Shown here one piece after another: positions 56,797 through 64,000 of a stretch of DNA of 64,000 nucleotides (positions within the stretch are counted from its first letter, which is position 1; each line of letters begins with the position of its first letter). The position numbers were made by a program, and so were the translations under genes. The notes below the pieces were generated by a model. That model made no database searches and had not been told where the DNA came from. It was given only the letters and a program-made list of their open reading frames with translations. Source of the stretch: Candidatus Limnocylindria bacterium (lineage in GTDB: Bacteria; Chloroflexota; Limnocylindria; P2-11E). The stretch is taken from assembly GCA_036000705.1 (NCBI GenBank), contig DASYUY010000031.1:394-64393 (forward strand). The letters run 5' to 3'.

Positions 56797-57717
56797 TTAT
56801 GCCGCGCGATACTCCGCTGGGTCCTCCGCGAGGCCCAGCAGTGTCGGGCGGATCGTGCGGACACCGGCGTGCACTTCACGATGGCAGTTCGCGCAGAGCA
56901 TCACGCACTTCTCGAGCTCCGCGAGGATCTTCGCCCAAGGGCGCGACAGACCGTCGGCGCTGATACCGAAGTCTTTCTCCCGCGCATCCCAGTGATGGAA
57001 CTCGAATAGCGTGGTCGGCCCCGCGCGGTCGCAGGAGTAACACACAGACCCCATCAACATGATCGCGCGCGTTTTCTTGTCGCGTGCAAGCTGGACGCGC
57101 TGGTCGACCGACAAGAACCCGTTCGCCGGGGCATGTCGTAGTCGGTGGCAGTTCGCACAAAGCAGATCACACTTGTCGACTTCGGTGCGGAGACGACCCA
57201 GCGATCCGTTGAAGCCGCCGACACCGAATTCCTTCGTCGCGGGATCGCGGTGGTGGAACTCGAGGACCCAGAGGCACGTGGCGTATCCGCAGTCCACGCA
57301 GCGCCCGCCCGCCACAGCAACCAGCTCCGCCTTGCGCCGCGTGCGACGCCGCTTCTGCGATCGATATGTCTTTGCGTTGCGTCGGCGCCTGCGCTGCTCC
57401 TGGAGTTGGGCGGAATTCGTGGCGTGCAATGGCGACTTCGAGGTGTTGTGGGTACCGAATGGCGAACAACTCAAACAGAAACGACGTCGATAGAGAGAGC
57501 GCAACCGCCCATTGATCATCGCCTTCGCCGCGAATGACGCGCCACAGGATTCGCAGACCTTTACCTTCGCCGGACGATCGACTCTCTTTCGCGGTCTTCG
57601 CAGCGGCCGATGTGGTCGACATTGCAGACAGTGCTTTCGGCCGCGAAGGTTCATCCACACGTCATTCACGACCGGGTACATCGCGAAGTCTGCCCCGCAC
57701 GCCACACATGTCTGCAC
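56797..57717 (-). CDS. HNH endonuclease-like protein with duplicated Zn-ribbon and duplicated HNH modules
   Basis: 2x 'C..CG..F...(R)..CL.C.P' followed by 2x 'C..C......EFHH.D...K.FG...KC..LCANCHR..H'. GTG start. GC lower than the flanks. Confidence 0.7.
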   Translation of the reverse strand: MQTCVACGADFAMYPVVNDVWMNLRGRKHCLQCRPHRPLRRPRKRVDRPAKVKVCESCGASFAAKAMINGRLRSLYRRRFCLSCSPFGTHNTSKSPLHATNSAQLQEQRRRRRNAKTYRSQKRRRTRRKAELVAVAGGRCVDCGYATCLWVLEFHHRDPATKEFGVGGFNGSLGRLRTEVDKCDLLCANCHRLRHAPANGFLSVDQRVQLARDKKTRAIMLMGSVCYSCDRAGPTTLFEFHHWDAREKDFGISADGLSRPWAKILAELEKCVMLCANCHREVHAGVRTIRPTLLGLAEDPAEYRAA

Positions 57718-57772
57718 GATAGAACAATAGTTCTAACGAGGATCGGCCGTCAATAGGTTCGTGACAATTCAG

Positions 57773-57844
57773 CTCCGCGGGGAGGATTCGAACCTCCAAC
57801 CATCGCCTTAACAGGGCGCCGATCTACCGTTGATCTACCGCGGA
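57773..57844 (-). tRNA. tRNA-Asn (anticodon GTT)
   Basis: Folded by hand. Acceptor TCCGCGG/CCGCGGA, D arm GATC-AACGGTA-GATC, anticodon loop CTGTTAA, T arm GGAGG-TTCGAAT-CCTCC, discriminator G, no encoded CCA. One G.A mismatch at 27:43. Confidence 0.8.
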
Positions 57845-57861
57845 AAATGGGTCGCCAATTC

Positions 57862-57867
57862 ATTTTA
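57862..57867 (-). promoter_or_regulatory. -10-like TAAAAT upstream of tRNA-Asn
   Basis: TAAAAT lies 17 nt upstream of the tRNA 5' end. A weak -35-like TGTTGG/TTGGTC is 15-17 nt further upstream. Confidence 0.3.
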
Positions 57868-57959
57868 CGGAATCAGCGCGTGGACCAACATAGCAGGATC
57901 GTCACCGCTGGATCGCGAGATTCGGCCGCAAGACTCCGCACAACTAACGTACTCCTCGT

Positions 57960-58290
57960 ATGAGCACGGCCACCGTCGCCGCGATCGAGCCGGCCCGCGA
58001 GGACACGAGTCTCTCGACCGCGTATCGACTTCTCTGGCTCGCCCTCGCCTCCGACCTACTCGCGTTCGGCATCGGATTCGATTGGGATCGCCGCTGGCAC
58101 GCGACGCTCGCGTTCGAGGACTTCTTCTCCCGCCGCACCTCTTCATCTACTCGCTGCACCCGTGCGCGACCATCACGCTCGCGTACGCGCCGACGCGGAC
58201 GCGTGTGCTCGCGCTGACAGCGCTGGCCGGTCTGGCGATGCCGGCGCTCACGGGGATCGTCGATCTGAGCCTCCGGGCCCGTATCCCCTG
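57960..58290 (+). pseudogene. possible frameshifted, truncated remnant of a membrane-protein gene
   Basis: 'LWLALASDLLAFGIGFDWDRRWHATLAFEDFFS' (ORF 57960..58217) continues as 'PPHLFIYSLH...' in the frame of ORF 57830..58291. The shift is near 58128..58131. Confidence 0.25.
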
Positions 58291-58791
58291 ATGCAACCCG
58301 GCGAATGTCTGCGGCGGGTGCAGTTGCTCCTCCGTTCCCGCATCCCCGTCGATCTGCGGGACTTTCATTGGAACGCCGCGTCGTTCCAGGCGAAGCTCTG
58401 GTACGGGAACAAGGATCTCCACTACGAGATCTGGCGGCGCGAGCGCCTCGGCACGATCGAGATCGGCCTGCATTTCGAGGCGGACCCGCTGACGAACGCG
58501 CGACTGCTCGCAGCGTTCACCGCGAACGCCAAGGGCATCCGGCGCGCGCTTGCCGGCGCACGGATCGAGGAATGGGACCGCGGCTGGAGTCGTGTGTGGG
58601 AGCCGCTGCCCCACCGCAAGCCGGACGAGGGGCTTGCGAGCGAGCTCGCCGACCGCGTCGCAGCCTACGTGACCGCGCTCGAGCCGATCCTCCGCCGGGA
58701 GCTGCCGAGCGACGTCGCCTGGGCCGGGCCGGCGGCGGCGGTGCGCGCTAAGGCCGCGGTACGGTCCCGAGCATCGCGATCAACGCGATGA
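58291..58791 (+). CDS. hypothetical protein
   Basis: From ATG 58291. 'LHYEIWRRERLGTIEIGLHFEADPLTN'. Family not confidently recognised. Confidence 0.45.
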   Translation: MQPGECLRRVQLLLRSRIPVDLRDFHWNAASFQAKLWYGNKDLHYEIWRRERLGTIEIGLHFEADPLTNARLLAAFTANAKGIRRALAGARIEEWDRGWSRVWEPLPHRKPDEGLASELADRVAAYVTALEPILRRELPSDVAWAGPAAAVRAKAAVRSRASRSTR

Positions 58792-58888
58792 TGAAGACAG
58801 TCACGAGGAAGATCGGTATCGCGAGAAGCGCATAGACCTTGTGCTCTTCGATGCGCGGCTCCTCGCGGACCGGCCGGTGCTCCGACAT
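58748..58888 (-). CDS. small single-TM protein
   Basis: 46 aa, 'KVYALLAIPIFLVTVFIIALIAML'. Strong GGGAGG SD 4 nt upstream of the ATG, just after the methyltransferase stop. Confidence 0.4.
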   Translation of the reverse strand: MSEHRPVREEPRIEEHKVYALLAIPIFLVTVFIIALIAMLGTVPRP

Positions 58889-58898
58889 GTGACCTCCC

Positions 58899-59549
58899 TC
58901 AGCGACCGTCGAATAGGGAGGGTACCGGAGCCCGGGCCGCTGCGCTGCCGCGGACGAAACGCAGCAGCTCACCGGGTCGCGTGCCGCCGACGTCAAGTCG
59001 CTTACCCCAGCTGGAGCGCGCCGCATCCACATCCGCACGGACGACGGCGCGATGCTCGGTCAGCGTCAGGCCGCGCGAGCGATACGCGCGCGCCACGCGC
59101 GCGCGATCCTCATCGGTCAGCGGTTCACGCCCCTCGCGCGCGGTCACCGACAGCAGCATGGTGAGTCGTCCACCAGGGCGCGGCAGTCGACAGATCGCCG
59201 CGAATACAGACTCGTCCTCCGCCAGCGCGCCGCGCAGGAGCGAACCCCATGGGAAGTGGATCGTGACCTCGTCGGCGAACGACTCGAGCGGGATGCCCTC
59301 CGCGGGCTCACGTAGCAGCACGAGGTTCGGCAAACGTTCGCGCATGGCGCGGCGTGCGGCAAAGGCGAGCGCGTCCGCGGACGCATCGAGTCCGATCGCG
59401 AGCGTATCCGCTCTCGTGCGCGCTACATGGAGCGGGTAACGACCGTCTCCGGTACCCGCGTCGACCGCCGTGCGCGGGAAGGCGCGGGCGAGCCGGGCGA
59501 TCTAACCGACGTCGATATCGAGGAGACGCTTGCCGATGAGCTGTCGCAT
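58899..59549 (-). pseudogene. Kam/NpmA-family 16S rRNA (adenine1408-N1)-methyltransferase homolog interrupted by an in-frame TAG at 59502..59504
   Basis: 'MRQLIGKRLLDIDVG[TAG]IARLARAFPRTAVDAGTGDGRYPLHVAR...IHFPWGSLLRGAL...SSWGKRL'. SAM motif I lies upstream of the first canonical start that follows the TAG. Confidence 0.65.
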
Positions 59550-59559
59550 GGCCGTGATG

Positions 59560-59766
59560 CTAAGGCTTGCGGGCGGCCTCGACCGCCTCGTTCGCGTTCT
59601 GCACGAGCCGCTGGGCTCCACCGATGGCGCGCGGGACGTCAAAGCGGCGGTCGAAGTTGCCGAGATTCTCCGCGGCCTCGAGCGCCTCTTCGAGCGCGGA
59701 CTCCGCGAGGCGCAGGGCCGAGCTGAGTCGCTCGAGCTCGCCTTGATCGACCTCCTGCGACGCCAC
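59560..59766 (-). CDS. small helical hypothetical protein
   Basis: 68-aa E/A/L-rich ORF immediately upstream of the methyltransferase homolog. Confidence 0.3.
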   Translation of the reverse strand: MASQEVDQGELERLSSALRLAESALEEALEAAENLGNFDRRFDVPRAIGGAQRLVQNANEAVEAARKP

Positions 59767-59792
59767 TGGTCGCAGATGCTAACGTCCGCTCG

Positions 59793-60311
59793 TTGATCGA
59801 CCGCATCCGCACGGTGAGGCAGATCCGGCAGTACTCAGCCGACCCGGTGCCCGAACCGGTCGTGAAGCAGCTCGTGCAGGTCGCCCGCTGGACGGGGAGC
59901 TCGCGGAACTCCCAGCCGTGGCACTTCATCGTCGTGACAGACAAGGGGCAGCTGCGGAAGATCAGCCAGCTGCGCGCGCCGATCAACTGGCTCGCCGCCG
60001 CGCCGCTCGGCATCGCGATCGTTCTCGACGGCGCGAGCGAAACGAGCGAGGCCTATGACGAAGGACGCGTGACCGAGCGCATCCTCATCGCCGCCCATGC
60101 GCTGGGTTACGGCGGAGGAGTCGCCTGGTTCGGTGACAAGACGCAGCAGGCCGAGGCCAAGCGCATCCTCGGCATCCCCGCCGAACGCAGCGCACGCTCC
60201 ATCGTCATGGTCGGCCGAGCCACGTCGACGACGGACCCACGTCCGAGCCCGCGGCGCGGCGGGCGTAAGCCCCTCGCCGAGATCGTGAGCCACGACCGCT
60301 TCACGAAGTAG
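59793..60311 (+). CDS. nitroreductase family protein
   Basis: 'RTVRQIRQYSADPVPEPVVKQLVQVARWTGSSRNSQPWHFIVV'. TTG start preceded by TAACGT 7 nt upstream. Confidence 0.8.
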   Translation: MIDRIRTVRQIRQYSADPVPEPVVKQLVQVARWTGSSRNSQPWHFIVVTDKGQLRKISQLRAPINWLAAAPLGIAIVLDGASETSEAYDEGRVTERILIAAHALGYGGGVAWFGDKTQQAEAKRILGIPAERSARSIVMVGRATSTTDPRPSPRRGGRKPLAEIVSHDRFTK

Positions 60312-60369
60312 CTCGTTGGCGAGACCAGGCGCATGGTGCGCGCTAACAGAACGGACCTCGCAACAAAGA

Positions 60370-60389
60370 GCCGCGACTCTCGTCGCGGC
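60370..60389 (-). terminator. intrinsic terminator candidate downstream of rpoD
   Basis: gccgcgac-tctc-gtcgcggc, perfect 8-bp stem. On the minus strand it is followed by TCTTTGTTG. Confidence 0.55.
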
Positions 60390-60397
60390 CCTTGCCG

Positions 60398-62059
60398 TTA
60401 CTCCAGGTAGTCCTTGAGCTTGCGGCTCCGGCTCGGGTGACGCAGCTTCCGCAGCGCCTTCGCCTCGATCTGACGGATCCGTTCGCGCGTCACGTTGAAC
60501 TCGCGACCGACCTCTTCGAGCGTCCGCGTCCGTCCGTCCTCGAGACCGAAGCGCAGCTGCAACACGCGACGCTCGCGGCCGGTGAGACCTTCGAGCACGC
60601 TCTCCACTTGCTCCTTGAGGAGCTTGTGCGATGCCGCGTCGGACGGCGCGAGCGCCTGGTTGTCGGGGATGAAGTCACCGAGGTGACTGTCCTCCTCCTC
60701 ACCGATGGGCGTCTCGAGCGAGACCGGCTCCTGCGAGACCTTCACGATCTCGCGCACCTTGTCGGGCGTGATGAGCATGCGCTCGGCGATCTCCTCCGCC
60801 GTCGGCTCGCGACCGAGCTCCTGGAGCAGGCCACGTGACACGCGGATGAGCTTGTTGATCGTCTCCACCATGTGGACCGGGATACGGATCGTCCGTGCCT
60901 GATCCGCGATGGCGCGCGTGATGGCCTGACGGATCCACCACGTCGCGTAGGTCGAGAACTTGTAGCCCTTGCGGTAGTCGAACTTCTCGACCGCGCGGAT
61001 GAGGCCGATGTTGCCTTCCTGGATGAGGTCGAGGAACGACATGCCACGGCCGATGTACTTCTTAGCGATCGAGACGACGAGTCGCAGGTTCGCCTCGGTG
61101 AGGTTGTGCCGCGCGTCGTCGCCCTTCTGGATGAGCTCGTCGGCGAGACGGCGCAGCGCGCGCTGCTCGTCCGCGTCGGACTCGACGAGCATGTTGAGGT
61201 TCTTCACCAGCACGTCGCGGATCTCCTGGCCGAGCATGACGAGCTCGCCGAGACGCTCGGCGCCTTCGGCCGGGCCGTGGATCTTCGCGTACTGCGGCAG
61301 GATGCGGAACGCGAGGCGCTGCGGATCGCGCTTCGCGGCATCGATCAGCGAGACGGTCTCGTCGATGAGGACCTTCGCCTCGGTGGAGATCTCCTTGCTG
61401 TTCGCTTCCGCCTTGAGCGGATCGCGCAGCTTGAGGAGACGGTTGGTCAGACGGCGCAGCTCCTTGCCGCCCTCGCCGTCGTCGAGGGTGCGCGTCAGTG
61501 CCTTGACGGTGAAGCGCGTCGCCTCGTCCACGTACTCACGCGGACGTCCGAGCGCCATGCGCTTCTTGACCTCGACGCCGAGCTCGTACAGGTGAACGAC
61601 GGAGAGCGCGGGCGACACGAGCGCCTGTTCCCCCAGCTCGATCGACTTGGCGAGGTTGACCTCTTCCTCCGCGGTGAGCAGAGGGACCTTGCCGATCTCC
61701 TTGAGGTACATGCGGACCGGGTCGTCGACGCTGATGAGGTCGCTGGCGAGGACCGCCGAGATGGCGTCCTCACGCTGCAGCTCCTCGGCTTCTTCTTCTT
61801 CCTCTTTGACCTGGGCCCAGTTGGGGCCGCGCTCAGCCTCGAGGATCTCGACGTTGTTGTCATCGAGAGCGAGGAGCAGCTCCTCGATCTCGCCCGGCTC
61901 GGCGTCCGGGATCGCCCGAACGATGTCTTCCTGCGTGACGTAGCCCTGCTGCCGGCCGCGCGCAAGCAGCCGCTCGGCCTGCTCCTTGTGCTCCGGGTGG
62001 ATCCCGGTGCGCTCGGGAGCCGCCTTTTCGGTCTCTTTTTCCTTCGTTGTCGCTTTCAT
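60398..62059 (-). CDS. rpoD: primary RNA polymerase sigma factor
   Basis: '[27 protein letters not shown]', '[29 protein letters not shown]'. Acidic N-terminal region. Confidence 0.95.
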   Translation of the reverse strand: MKATTKEKETEKAAPERTGIHPEHKEQAERLLARGRQQGYVTQEDIVRAIPDAEPGEIEELLLALDDNNVEILEAERGPNWAQVKEEEEEAEELQREDAISAVLASDLISVDDPVRMYLKEIGKVPLLTAEEEVNLAKSIELGEQALVSPALSVVHLYELGVEVKKRMALGRPREYVDEATRFTVKALTRTLDDGEGGKELRRLTNRLLKLRDPLKAEANSKEISTEAKVLIDETVSLIDAAKRDPQRLAFRILPQYAKIHGPAEGAERLGELVMLGQEIRDVLVKNLNMLVESDADEQRALRRLADELIQKGDDARHNLTEANLRLVVSIAKKYIGRGMSFLDLIQEGNIGLIRAVEKFDYRKGYKFSTYATWWIRQAITRAIADQARTIRIPVHMVETINKLIRVSRGLLQELGREPTAEEIAERMLITPDKVREIVKVSQEPVSLETPIGEEEDSHLGDFIPDNQALAPSDAASHKLLKEQVESVLEGLTGRERRVLQLRFGLEDGRTRTLEEVGREFNVTRERIRQIEAKALRKLRHPSRSRKLKDYLE

Positions 62060-63891
62060 CGATCCTCTTCTCGCTCCAGCTCGCTGTGCAAAACTGTCCG
62101 GCGTTCGCGCCGCTTCATGAGCTGTTCGAGCTCCTCGCCCATCCGCGCGATCTCGCCATCCAACCCCCCAACATCGCCGTCAGCGCGCGCGAGCTGGACC
62201 CGCGCGTCACCCAGACGACGCTGCACGTTCTTCTCCCGAAGGCGCAGCGCGGCGATCTCGATCATCTGGCCTGGGTCCGTCTGTTCGCCGAGCTCAGGCG
62301 CACTTGCGCCAAGTGCCGCAGCTAAGGCGGCCAGGTGAGCCGGCAGGTCAGACTCCGGACGCTTCCCCGCCTGAAGATGTTCGAAAAGTGCACGCAGGTC
62401 GGGGTCCACCAGGTCAGCAGGCGCGAGGTCAGCGCGCGCGATCTCCTCCGGATATCGAGTCAATAGTGCCATGACGTAACGCTCGAATGAAGGCGTTTGT
62501 TTCGGCGTCGCCGTCTCGGCGCGTGTTTGCGCAGAAGGCTCGCGCCCGGTTCGAGGCGTTCGGTCCGTTCCCTTTCCGGCCGCGGGGAGCCTCTCTCTTA
62601 AGAACGCTGGATCGACCCCAGCGCTTCCCGCCACCTCGGAGAGATAGACCTCGCGGCGGACCGGATCCGGCTCCTCGGCGATCAAGGCCGCCGTTCGCTG
62701 GAGGAAGCGCAGCCTGCCTTCGGACTGGTCCAGTCGGGAGGTCGCGCGGACCCGGTCGATGAGGAATTCGAGGAGCGGCTTCGCGTCGGTCAGGAGCCGG
62801 CGGAGCAGCTCCGGCTCCTTTCGGGCGACGTCGTCCGGGTCGAGGCCCTCGGGCAGGACGGTCACGAACAGGGCCAGCCCGGTGCGTGTGCCCAGACGCC
62901 CACCGCCGGCGCCCGAGCCGAAACGGCTGAGGGCGCTGAGGAGCTCCCGCCCGCGGGATTCGGCGGAGCGCTGGCCAGCGGCGTCCCCGTCAAAGGCGAC
63001 GATGGCTCGCTCGATCTTCATGTCGTTGAGCGCGCGGTACTGATCCTCGGTCAGCGCCGTGCCCATCGAGGCGACGACGTTGGCGAACCCCGACTGGTGG
63101 CAGGCGATCGTGTCGAAATAGCCCTCGACGATGACCGCGGTGCCTTCCTTGCGGATCGCCGCGCTGGCCTTGTCCAGCCCGTAGAGCGTGGCGCTCTTGT
63201 TGAACAGGAGGGTCTGAGTCGAGTTGACGTACTTGCCCTGCTGATCGGGCCGCATCGCGCGGCCCCCGAAGGCGATGGCGCGGCCCCGCCGGTCGCGAAT
63301 GGGCACCATCAGGCGGTCTCGGAACCGGTCGAAAAGGCCCCTGTCGGTCCTGATGATGAGTCCCGCGGCGATGGCCTCGTCCTCGCTATAGCCCTTCTTC
63401 CTCAGGTACGCGAGGAGGCTGTCGCGCTCGTCGGGCGCGTACCCGATGCCCCAGGTGTCGATCGATTCGGGCGTGATCCCGCGCTTCGCGAGATATTCGG
63501 CCACCTGCTTGCCGCGAGGCGTGCCCCGGAGCGCCTGCCGGAAGTAGAAAGCGGCTGCGTCGTTGGCCTGCAGCAGCCGGTCCTCGAGCTTTCGCTCCTC
63601 AGGCGCCCGGCGCGTCAGCTCGATGCCGGCGCGCTCGGCCAGCGTCTGCAGCGCCTCGGCCGGCGTCAGGCCCTCCCGCTTCTCGAGCCAGGTGAAGACA
63701 TCGCCCCCCTCGCTACAGCCAAAGCACTTGTAACTGCGGCGATCCGGGTCGACGTGGAACGAAGGCGTCTTCTCGAGATGGAACGGGCACAGCCCGACAA
63801 AGCCTCGGCCAGCCTTCTTGAGAGGAACGCTTTCACCGATGAGTTGGACGATGTCGACGCGTTCCTTGACGAGATCGAAGTCACCAGGCAT
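62056..63891 (-). CDS. dnaG: DNA primase
   Basis: Zn finger '[32 protein letters not shown]', TOPRIM 'AVIVEGYFD'. 4-nt overlap with the rpoD start. Confidence 0.95.
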   Translation of the reverse strand: MPGDFDLVKERVDIVQLIGESVPLKKAGRGFVGLCPFHLEKTPSFHVDPDRRSYKCFGCSEGGDVFTWLEKREGLTPAEALQTLAERAGIELTRRAPEERKLEDRLLQANDAAAFYFRQALRGTPRGKQVAEYLAKRGITPESIDTWGIGYAPDERDSLLAYLRKKGYSEDEAIAAGLIIRTDRGLFDRFRDRLMVPIRDRRGRAIAFGGRAMRPDQQGKYVNSTQTLLFNKSATLYGLDKASAAIRKEGTAVIVEGYFDTIACHQSGFANVVASMGTALTEDQYRALNDMKIERAIVAFDGDAAGQRSAESRGRELLSALSRFGSGAGGGRLGTRTGLALFVTVLPEGLDPDDVARKEPELLRRLLTDAKPLLEFLIDRVRATSRLDQSEGRLRFLQRTAALIAEEPDPVRREVYLSEVAGSAGVDPAFLRERLPAAGKGTDRTPRTGREPSAQTRAETATPKQTPSFERYVMALLTRYPEEIARADLAPADLVDPDLRALFEHLQAGKRPESDLPAHLAALAAALGASAPELGEQTDPGQMIEIAALRLREKNVQRRLGDARVQLARADGDVGGLDGEIARMGEELEQLMKRRERRTVLHSELEREEDR

Positions 63892-63901
63892 ACCGACAAC
63901 G

Positions 63902-64000
63902 TTAGCGGCCGGACGTTGTCAGCAGCTTCTCCAGCTTTCGGACGTCGACGGGCTTGGTCACGTGCTCGTCGAATCCAGCGTCGCGCGACAGCCGGCGATG
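63902..64000 (-). CDS. C-terminal fragment of a response-regulator receiver domain (gene continues beyond the window)
   Basis: '...RDAGFDEHVTKPVDVRKLEKLLTTSGR*' matches the receiver-domain C-terminus. Confidence 0.45.
   Translation of the reverse strand, partial: HRRLSRDAGFDEHVTKPVDVRKLEKLLTTSGR

Noticed and set aside
56797-58290. A tRNA-Asn-associated integrated genomic island.
   Set aside because: No integrase, and no direct repeat of the tRNA 3' end, was seen by eye in the window. Only the single HNH gene and a decayed fragment flank the tRNA.
59502-59504. In-frame TAG in the methyltransferase homolog as pyrrolysine.
   Set aside because: Pyrrolysine is confined to a few anaerobic lineages with pyl genes and methylamine methyltransferases. 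Nothing here suggests that, and a nonsense mutation or sequencing error is far more likely.
1-64000. CRISPR arrays, rRNA genes, IS elements/transposases, prophage blocks.
   Set aside because: I saw no regularly spaced direct repeats, rRNA-like conserved stretches, or transposase/integrase/capsid-like translations on either strand.

Overview
High-GC (by eye about 65-70%, strong G/C third-position bias) bacterial chromosomal window, Actinobacteria/Chloroflexi-like in style. It is densely coding and mostly metabolic. All family calls come from reading motifs in the supplied translations, not from database searches. Main blocks: (i) a ChlI-like AAA+ ATPase plus VWA protein pair. (ii) A lower-GC islet holding a 7Fe ferredoxin and a frameshifted two-domain LAGLIDADG endonuclease. 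(iii) A minus-strand operon: alpha/beta hydrolase, fused E1 alpha-beta, separate E1 beta, E2, LipA, LipB. (iv) Gamma-glutamyltransferase plus class-V aminotransferase, FabI, and an adenosine-deaminase cassette. (v) Divergent GlcF/GlcD-like genes. (vi) A 12-gene, tightly coupled minus-strand operon: LacI, NitT/TauT-type ABC transporter, cyclase, two Zn-ADHs, E1 alpha/E1 beta/E2, C-C hydrolase-like protein, FAD oxidoreductase. (vii) Divergent from it, behind tandem perfect palindromes, an AhpD/CMD-family gene with an in-frame TGA at the second Cys of its C-x-x-C motif and a hairpin 12 nt downstream. This is a candidate selenoprotein and my top finding. (viii) Crp/Fnr regulator, an ALS-like TPP enzyme, and a MaoC/ACAD/CitE/FAH/DLH/aldehyde-dehydrogenase operon. 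(ix) A tandem-HNH protein next to tRNA-Asn(GTT), and a Kam/NpmA-type 16S rRNA methyltransferase homolog interrupted by an in-frame TAG. (x) dnaG-rpoD. I found no rRNA, CRISPR array, transposase or integrase. Many operon-leading genes have a TANNNT box 6-9 nt upstream of the start codon, which suggests leaderless mRNAs. Many long ORFs in the track are antisense or out-of-frame artefacts of high GC and were not called.
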